In this document: one piece after another, positions 57,494 through 64,000 of the stretch
How positions within the stretch are numbered: position 1 is the stretch's first letter
Layout: every line of letters starts with the position of its first letter
DNA from: Candidatus Latescibacterota bacterium
Lineage (GTDB): Bacteria > Latescibacterota > UBA2968 > UBA8231
Assembly: GCA_965206595.1 (NCBI GenBank)
Contig: OZ242214.1
Location: 2,784,001 to 2,848,000 of the forward strand
Direction of reading: 5' to 3'
DNA: 64,000 nucleotides
Translations under genes and position numbers: made by a program
The notes under the pieces: model-generated
Databases searched by the model: none
Told to the model about the DNA's origin: nothing
The model's input: the letters and a program-made list of their open reading frames with translations, nothing else

Positions 57494-58975
57494 TCAGTCG
57501 GGCCAGCGCGCCAGCACCGTCTTCTGCCGGGTGTAGAACAGCACCCCCTCGCTCCCCTGGACGTGCAGGTCCCCGAAGAACGACTGGTCCCAGCCGGAGA
57601 AGGAGAACAGGGCCATCGGCGCCGGCACCCCGAGGTTGATGCCGATCATGCCGCACTCGGCCTCGCGGGCGAAGCGGCGCGCCGCCGCCCCGTCGCGGGT
57701 GAAGATGGTGGCGGCGTTGCCGAACGGGATGCGGTTGACCCAGGCGATCGCCTCGTCGATGGACGACGGCCGCATCATCCCGAGCACCGGGCCGAACAGC
57801 TCCTCGCTGAACACCTTGTGGGCGGGGGTCACCCGGTCGAGCAGGGTGGGGCCGACGAAGAACCCCTCCCCGGGGATGCCCTCGCGGCCGTCGCGGGCCA
57901 CCTCGAGCTCCTGGTCCGGCGCCTCCTCGATGCAGCGGAACAGCCGCTGCCGGGCGGCCGGGTCGATCACCGGCCCCATGCCGGCGCCGCGGTCGGCCAG
58001 GGTGTCGCCGACCTCGAGGCCGTCCATGGCCGCCAGGACCTGCTCGCGCAGCGGCTCGGCCCCCTTGCCGACGCCCATCAGCAGGGAGCCGGCCATGCAG
58101 CGCTGCCCGGCGCAGCCGAAGGCCGAGCCCATGATCGCGTCAATCGTCGCGTTCCCGGCCAGGGCCTCCCCGAGGAGCCCGCTCTCGACCGCGTCCGGCA
58201 TCGCCAGCAGCACGTTCTTGGCGCCGCCGGCCGACTGCACCCGCTTGCCGTGCCGGGCGGCCAGCTCGTACACCCGGCCGGCGACCCCGGAGGAACCGAC
58301 GAAGCTGACCGCGGCGATTTCCGGGTGCACGCACAGGGCCTCGACCACCTCCCTGCCGCCGTGGACGACGTTGAAAACCCCGGGCGGCAGGCCGGCCTCG
58401 AGGAACAGCTCGGCGAGGCGATTGGCGGTGAGCGGCACCTTCTCGCTCGGCTTGAGGACGAAGCTGTTGCCGCAGGCGATCGCCAGGGGGTACATCCACA
58501 TCGGCACCATGGCCGGGAAGTTGAACGGCGTTATGCCGGCGCAGACCCCGACCGGCTCGCGCGTCGCCCAGCCGTCGATGCCGCGCGCCAGCTCCGGCAG
58601 AATCTCCCCCTTGGCGAGATGGCCGACGCCGCAGGCGAACTCGACGACCTCGATGCCGCGGCGGACGTCCCCCCGGGCCTCCTCGCGGGTCTTGCCGTTC
58701 TCGCGCACGACCAGGCGGGCAAGTTCCTCGAAGCGCGCCTCGAGCAGCTCGCGGTAGCGGAACAGCACCCGGGCCCGGTCAGGAGCCGGGGTCCGCGCCC
58801 AGCCGGGGAAGGCCTCCCGGGCCGTGCGGACGGCGATGTCGACCTCCCGGGCCGTGCACTGGGGAGCGCGCGCGATCACGGCGCCGCTCGAGGGCTGGTG
58901 GACGGGGGTGGACTCGGCCGTCTCGGGCTCGGTCCACCGGTCCCCGATCAGTATCGGAACGACGGGGGCTGCCAT
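57494..58975 (-). CDS. mmsA: CoA-acylating methylmalonate-semialdehyde dehydrogenase
   Basis: ITPFNFP, KPSEKVP, FVGS, GAKN, GCAGQRCMA, ELFGPV, SFFGDLH. Confidence 0.9.
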   Translation of the reverse strand: MAAPVVPILIGDRWTEPETAESTPVHQPSSGAVIARAPQCTAREVDIAVRTAREAFPGWARTPAPDRARVLFRYRELLEARFEELARLVVRENGKTREEARGDVRRGIEVVEFACGVGHLAKGEILPELARGIDGWATREPVGVCAGITPFNFPAMVPMWMYPLAIACGNSFVLKPSEKVPLTANRLAELFLEAGLPPGVFNVVHGGREVVEALCVHPEIAAVSFVGSSGVAGRVYELAARHGKRVQSAGGAKNVLLAMPDAVESGLLGEALAGNATIDAIMGSAFGCAGQRCMAGSLLMGVGKGAEPLREQVLAAMDGLEVGDTLADRGAGMGPVIDPAARQRLFRCIEEAPDQELEVARDGREGIPGEGFFVGPTLLDRVTPAHKVFSEELFGPVLGMMRPSSIDEAIAWVNRIPFGNAATIFTRDGAAARRFAREAECGMIGINLGVPAPMALFSFSGWDQSFFGDLHVQGSEGVLFYTRQKTVLARWPD

Positions 58976-59000
58976 GAGTAGCTCCGTTTCCTGCCGGCGC

Positions 59001-59891
59001 TCAGCCGGGCCCGGCGGCCCGCCTGGCGGCGAGAATGGTGTTGAAAAGCAGCATCGCGATCGTCATCGGCCCCACCCCTCCCGGGACCGGGGTGATGGCG
59101 CTCGCCTTCCTGCTGACGCGGTCGAAGTCGACGTTGCCGACCAGGCGATAGCCGCTTCTGCGGGTGGAATCCCTGATGCGCACCACCCCGACGTCGATCA
59201 CCACGGCGCCCTCGGCGACCATGTCCTCGGTAATGATGCGGGGGCGGTCGGCCGCGGCGATCAGGATGTCGGCGGCGCGGGTGTGGGCGCCGATGTCGCG
59301 GGTGCCGGTGTGGCAGATCGTCACCGTGGCGTTGGCCCCTTCCCCTTTCTGCGCCAGCATGTTGGCCAGCGGCCTGCCGACCAGGGTGCTGCGCCCCACG
59401 ACGACGACGTGCTTTCCCGCGGCCTCGATGCCGCTGCGCCTCAGCATCTGCACCACCCCGTGCGGGGTGCAGGGGAGGAAGCCTGATTCCTGGCGCACCA
59501 TACGGCCGAGGTTCACCGGGTGCAGGCCGTCGACGTCCTTGCCGGGATCGACGGCGTTGAGGACGAGGCTCTCGTCCAGGCCTTGCGGCAGGGGCAGCTG
59601 CACGAGGATTCCGTGGACCGCCTCGTCGGCGTTGAGGGCGGCGATCAATTCCAGCAGCTCCTCCTGCGGGACGCCGCCGGGAAGCCGGTGCTCGCGCGAG
59701 TCGATGGCGATCTTCCCGCAGGCGCGGCGCTTCCCCTTGACGTAGGAGAGGGACGCCGGGTCGTCCCCGGCCAGCACCACCGCCAGCCCCGGGACGAGGC
59801 CGTGCCACACCCGGAGAGCGGCAACCTCCCGCCGCATCTTCTCCCGCATCCCCGCGGCTATCTCGTTTCCGTCCAGGATTCGCGCAGTCAT
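59001..59891 (-). CDS. folD: Methylenetetrahydrofolate dehydrogenase/cyclohydrolase
   Basis: YVKGK, VQLPLP, KDVDGLHP, PCTP, GRS, TPVPGGVGPMT. Confidence 0.97.
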   Translation of the reverse strand: MTARILDGNEIAAGMREKMRREVAALRVWHGLVPGLAVVLAGDDPASLSYVKGKRRACGKIAIDSREHRLPGGVPQEELLELIAALNADEAVHGILVQLPLPQGLDESLVLNAVDPGKDVDGLHPVNLGRMVRQESGFLPCTPHGVVQMLRRSGIEAAGKHVVVVGRSTLVGRPLANMLAQKGEGANATVTICHTGTRDIGAHTRAADILIAAADRPRIITEDMVAEGAVVIDVGVVRIRDSTRRSGYRLVGNVDFDRVSRKASAITPVPGGVGPMTIAMLLFNTILAARRAAGPG

Positions 59892-60006
59892 CAGGTTATC
59901 GGCGGGCTGTAGTATATCGCAGGCATCGGGAAACTATCGGTTGGCTGTACTCGATTCCGGCGGCACCGGTCATCGCCCGGCCGCGGCCACCGCCGGCAAG
60001 CGGCCG

Positions 60007-61359
60007 TCAGCCCGCGGCGACGAAGTCCCGGCCGACGGCGTCGCGGAGCGCCCCGGGGACCATCACCGAACCGTCGGCCTGCTGGTAGTTCTCGACGATG
60101 GAAATCAGCATCCGCCCCATGGCGCAGCCGGTGTCGTTGACGGTGTGGCAGAACCTCGGCCCGCCCTGTTTGCCCTTGTAGCGGATGTTGAGGCGGCGGG
60201 CCTGGTAGTCGGTGGTGTTGGTGTCGGTCATGACCTCCATGAACTCGCCGCTGCCCGGCAGCCAGACCTCGAAGTCGCGCTGCCGGTGGCTGGCGAGGTA
60301 GCCGGCGTCGCCGCCGCACTTGTCGACCGAGCGGTAGGGCAGCTCGAGGGTCTGCAGCAGCCACTCGTTGATCTCGCCGAACTCCTCGTACAGCTGCTGC
60401 GACTGGTCCGCGGCGCAGACCGAGTTCATCTCGATCTTGTCGAACTGGTGCACCCGCTTTATTCCCTTGACGTCCCTGCCCCAGGAGCCGGCCTCGGAGC
60501 GGAAGCAGGTGGTGGAGGCGAACACCCGGACCGGCAGCTCCTCCTCGGTCAGGGTGCGGTCCATGAAGTAGCTGAAGTTGGCCGGCTCGGAGGAGCCGAC
60601 GAGGAACAGCTCGGTTCCCTCCTCGACGTTGTCGGTCCGGATGGCGTACACCTGGTCGCGCCCCTCGGGAAAGTGGGAGGTCCCGTAGAGGGAGCGCTCG
60701 CGCACCAGCAGCGGCGGCACCATCATCTCGTAGCCCCGGCGCAGCAGCTCTCCGGACAGCAGCTGCTGCAGGCCGAGCTGCATCCGGGCCGCGGGCCCGC
60801 GGATGTAGGCGAAGCGGGAGCCGGAGACCTCGCCGGCCTGGGCGGTCTCCATGCCGAATGCGGGGCCGAGGTCGGCGTGCTGCCGCGGCGCGAACTCGCC
60901 GCTTGCGTGCAGCGGCATCGCCGGCATGGAGGCGGCGCTGTGGCCGCCGTTTCCCAGTTCCTCGCGGGGGCGGTACCCGGCCCCCGGGATCCACACCTTC
61001 TCCTCGGGGTTGTCGGACTCGTCGTCGCCGTCCGGCATGTCGGGGTGGGGCCAGTTGGGGAACCAGTCGAGGATCCGCTGCCACTCGCCGCTGACCTCGC
61101 CGAGCTCGGCTTCGAGCCGGCGCCCCTTCTCGCGCAGCTCCTGCCCCCTGCTGCGGGCGGCCTCGGGGTCGGTCCTGCCGAGCCGGGCGAGCTGCTTCTT
61201 CTCGCCGTTGACCTCGTCGATCTCCGCCTGCAGCCGGCGGCGTTTCTTGTCGAGGGCGAGCCAGCGGTCGATGTCCGCCCTAGCCGGGTCGACGCGGCGC
61301 CGGCGGATCGCCCGGCGCAGGGAATCGGGGTCGTTGCGTATGGTCCGTACGTCGATCAT
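60007..61359 (-). CDS. serS: Serine--tRNA ligase
   Basis: N-terminal coiled coil; FRSEAG..RVHQFDKIE motif 2; TDYQARRLNIRY; ENYQ..DGSV..P..L. Confidence 0.95.
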   Translation of the reverse strand: MIDVRTIRNDPDSLRRAIRRRRVDPARADIDRWLALDKKRRRLQAEIDEVNGEKKQLARLGRTDPEAARSRGQELREKGRRLEAELGEVSGEWQRILDWFPNWPHPDMPDGDDESDNPEEKVWIPGAGYRPREELGNGGHSAASMPAMPLHASGEFAPRQHADLGPAFGMETAQAGEVSGSRFAYIRGPAARMQLGLQQLLSGELLRRGYEMMVPPLLVRERSLYGTSHFPEGRDQVYAIRTDNVEEGTELFLVGSSEPANFSYFMDRTLTEEELPVRVFASTTCFRSEAGSWGRDVKGIKRVHQFDKIEMNSVCAADQSQQLYEEFGEINEWLLQTLELPYRSVDKCGGDAGYLASHRQRDFEVWLPGSGEFMEVMTDTNTTDYQARRLNIRYKGKQGGPRFCHTVNDTGCAMGRMLISIVENYQQADGSVMVPGALRDAVGRDFVAAG

Positions 61360-61503
61360 CGGATTTTCATTTCGGGTCGCGTGCTGCCGAACGAGTCCCG
61401 GCCCTGCCCGTGGAAAGGGGGCCGGAACGGCCATCAGACAAAATAGGAAGGAACACAAACACTACCCACCGGCGACAGGCTCCGGCGCCGTTGCAGCTCG
61501 ATG

Positions 61504-64000
61504 TCAATAGGCGACGTGGGCGAGGCGATGGATCGAGGTGTTCCTCCCGGATTTCGAATCGACGTCGACGTCGAGGCGCAGCAGGTAGATACCCGGAGGC
61601 ACGGTCGCACCGGCGCGGTCGGCGCCGGTCCAGGTCAGGGTATGGCGGCCCGTCTCGAGCGCGGCATCTCCCACCCGGTGTACCAGCCGGCCGCCCAGGT
61701 CGTAGATCTCCATCCCGACCGGCACCGGGGAGCCCACCCGCATCAGGGAAAAGGCGATCGACAGCTCGTCGTTGACGCCGTCGCCGTTGGGGGTGAAACC
61801 GGCATCGGCCTCGATATCCTCCAGCACATTCCCCGGCTGCAACGCCAGGACGACCGTGGTTTCGCTGTCCGCAACCCCGTTGGCGTCGCCGTCATCCACC
61901 CTCTGCCACGAATTTTCGTACGCCGAATGCCCCATCGACCCGGTGAAGAAGGTGTTGTACCCGAACAGGGTCGTCTCGTACTCCAGCTCCACCAGCACCG
62001 GGCCGTCCGTCGTCCTGACCGGAGCCGGCAGGCGCACCCAGAGCGAGTCGGATTCCCTCACCACCGCGAACCCTTCGCTCGCCCCCGTATAGGTCGCTGC
62101 CGGCTGTCCCGCCGCGCTTACGTTCACCTGCTTCAGCTCCATCTCTACGCCCTCGGGCGCCTCGATCAGGATCTCGTCGAACCCCCGGCTGTCCGCCTCG
62201 AAGGTGGAACGAACGAAATAGGAGAAGGCCTGCCTCGCCCCGATCCGCTCCAGGCGGGAGGGCAGTACCTCGCCCACGATCCTGCGCGCCACCGGGGTCA
62301 CGAAATTCAGCGCCACGGAGCGCAGGGTGGCTGCTTTCAGGGGATCTTCCGTCAACAACGTCGCTCTGACCGCCGCGAACTTCCGCGGACTGGGGGAGGT
62401 GATCCTTTCGCCTGATCGGAGATAGGGCTGACTCCAGCCGCTCCAGTCGCTGCCCGGGATCGTTTCGGCAACGACCGGGCCCACGGAATTCTCCCCGAAG
62501 AACTTTTTGTCCGACGCGTGCGCCTCCGCGGCCTCTTCCTCGGTGCCGGGGTACTCCTCTCCGTTCTTTTTGAAATAGTGGGTGACGGACTCGACCGTAT
62601 CGCCGGTTCGCGTCTGCAGGACCAGGTCCGTCCCCGGCGGCAGGTCGGCGTCCCACTCGATCGAAGCGAGGTTCCGGGGAGTGCGTCCCAGCTCGATGAA
62701 CGGAGAGTCGCCTCCGAACACCGACGAGACCCGGGTCTCGGGCATGTACCCCTCTCCGAAGAACTGGATCTCGGACAGGGCGAAGGTGTCGGCAGCCCGC
62801 ACTTCCTCGACGTTCGGGAACATCCTGTAGGTGAAGGCGAAGTACCTGGCCCTGATCAGGGGGAACCTGAAATTGTTGTAGATCTGCTGGTGCCTGGTGG
62901 AACTGGAGCTCGCGCTGCTGGCGGCGGCGTTCCTGAACGTTCCCACCGTGGTCCAGGCCAGGCTGCCGCCGGCATGAGTGGAGCCGTCCGACAGTTGTAT
63001 CCGGTATTGGGGAAACGGTTTGGTCAACGCCCTCGCGGCTATCTGCAGCACCCTGATGTTGTCCAGGAAGAAAGCGCCCCCGAGATCGATGATCAGCGAC
63101 CGCTCCGAATCGGCCGGTTCGGACGGCAACAGCCTTTCTGCATTGTAGCCCCCCCGGGCGGGCCAGTAGAGCACCTGGCCGAAGAAGTCGCCATCCACCA
63201 GGGTCCCTTCGGCGCCGTTGTTCTCGACGCTCGTAACGGACCCGCCGCGCTCCAACACTCCGGTCCCGATGTTGTCGCCGACGGTCCAGACCTCGACCTC
63301 GGCCAGCCTGGGAAGCTCGCGGCGGTAGTAGACCACCGAACCCTGGGCGCCGGTGCCCTCGAGAGCGTCCCAGTGCTCCCTGGCGAGCAACAACCGCTCC
63401 CTGCCCGACGGGTCGCGCCGGTAATATTCCACGGTTCCCCTGCGTTCGGCAGGGAGGCGCTCGTATTCGGCCCGGGAAACCTTCCTCGCCCGGCCGTAGT
63501 CGCTGTCGGTGGCCGCCACTCCGACGTAGCGGATCACGTCGCCGGTGAAGCCGCCGGTGGCATCCGGCCACTTGGTCGGCAGCTGCCGGGTGAGATCGAT
63601 CTCGAAGACGCGCTCCCGCTTTACCGGCCTGTTCGTCGTGAAGCGGGTCCTGTACAACATCGGGCCGATGTTCACCTCTCCCTGCGAGGTGGTCACCTTG
63701 AACTGCAGGAAGGGATCTCCCAGGTCCTCCTCGACGAACACCAGCACGATCCGGGTGGCCGAAACGGTGCGCCCGAGATCGATCTGTACCCACCAGTCCT
63801 CCAGCGGGGCGGAGGTGTCCGGTTCCCAGTAGGTGTCGGGGCTGCCGTCCGTCAGCGCTGCGGCACCGGCGTCGTTGGAGCCGGCCGCCCTGATCCCGCC
63901 CCCGAAGCGTGCGGCGTTGCGGACGGCGTTGACGCCGGGGACCACCACTTCGCCGCGGCCGGTCTGCAGGCGCGTGCTTTTGCGGATGAAGACCGGTCTC
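61504..64000 (-). CDS. Secreted protein with C-terminal FlgD/CHU_C-like domain (5' end outside window)
   Basis: FTPNGDGVND, IYDLGGR, PPGIYLL, terminal VAY; paralog of 18673-20649. Confidence 0.82.
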   Translation of the reverse strand, partial: RPVFIRKSTRLQTGRGEVVVPGVNAVRNAARFGGGIRAAGSNDAGAAALTDGSPDTYWEPDTSAPLEDWWVQIDLGRTVSATRIVLVFVEEDLGDPFLQFKVTTSQGEVNIGPMLYRTRFTTNRPVKRERVFEIDLTRQLPTKWPDATGGFTGDVIRYVGVAATDSDYGRARKVSRAEYERLPAERRGTVEYYRRDPSGRERLLLAREHWDALEGTGAQGSVVYYRRELPRLAEVEVWTVGDNIGTGVLERGGSVTSVENNGAEGTLVDGDFFGQVLYWPARGGYNAERLLPSEPADSERSLIIDLGGAFFLDNIRVLQIAARALTKPFPQYRIQLSDGSTHAGGSLAWTTVGTFRNAAASSASSSSTRHQQIYNNFRFPLIRARYFAFTYRMFPNVEEVRAADTFALSEIQFFGEGYMPETRVSSVFGGDSPFIELGRTPRNLASIEWDADLPPGTDLVLQTRTGDTVESVTHYFKKNGEEYPGTEEEAAEAHASDKKFFGENSVGPVVAETIPGSDWSGWSQPYLRSGERITSPSPRKFAAVRATLLTEDPLKAATLRSVALNFVTPVARRIVGEVLPSRLERIGARQAFSYFVRSTFEADSRGFDEILIEAPEGVEMELKQVNVSAAGQPAATYTGASEGFAVVRESDSLWVRLPAPVRTTDGPVLVELEYETTLFGYNTFFTGSMGHSAYENSWQRVDDGDANGVADSETTVVLALQPGNVLEDIEADAGFTPNGDGVNDELSIAFSLMRVGSPVPVGMEIYDLGGRLVHRVGDAALETGRHTLTWTGADRAGATVPPGIYLLRLDVDVDSKSGRNTSIHRLAHVAY

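Overview
High-GC bacterial chromosome segment. FlgD/CHU_C-type secreted proteins, C-terminal 'SWGRIK' proteins, a TonB receptor with DUF4249, and FG-GAP, ankyrin and NHL proteins suggest an FCB-group organism such as Latescibacterota, possibly host-associated (inference). Layout: (1) 0-24 kb: transport and catabolic genes (SDRs, NhaC, amidohydrolase, M28 peptidase, enolase family, sialidase), many frameshifted or internally deleted genes, and toxin-antitoxin (TA) remnants. (2) 24.3-43.3 kb: a lower-GC defence island. A type III CBASS (cdnC, HORMA, TRIP13, SLOG/TIR-like effector, exonuclease) runs co-directionally into a type III RM system whose mod and res genes enclose a HEPN-like gene, hicB and a SIR2-APAZ/short Argonaute (SPARSA) pair. 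An XRE-ImmA/PIN pair diverges from it, and further ATPase/PIN modules follow. (3) 43.4-51 kb: aminotransferases, creatininase, Gfo/Idh/MocA and GH127. (4) 51-57.4 kb: a PAS/NarL two-component locus with a duplicated palindrome-rich promoter, a small secreted cysteine-rich defensin-like peptide and a decaying tandem family of SWGRIK proteins. (5) mmsA, folD, serS and a truncated FlgD-type protein. Best novelty candidates: a structured ~130-nt leader RNA coupled to an ankyrin protein with an N-terminal helical domain, the defensin-like peptide regulon, and the nested CBASS/RM/Argonaute super-operon. All family calls come from motif recognition, not database searches.
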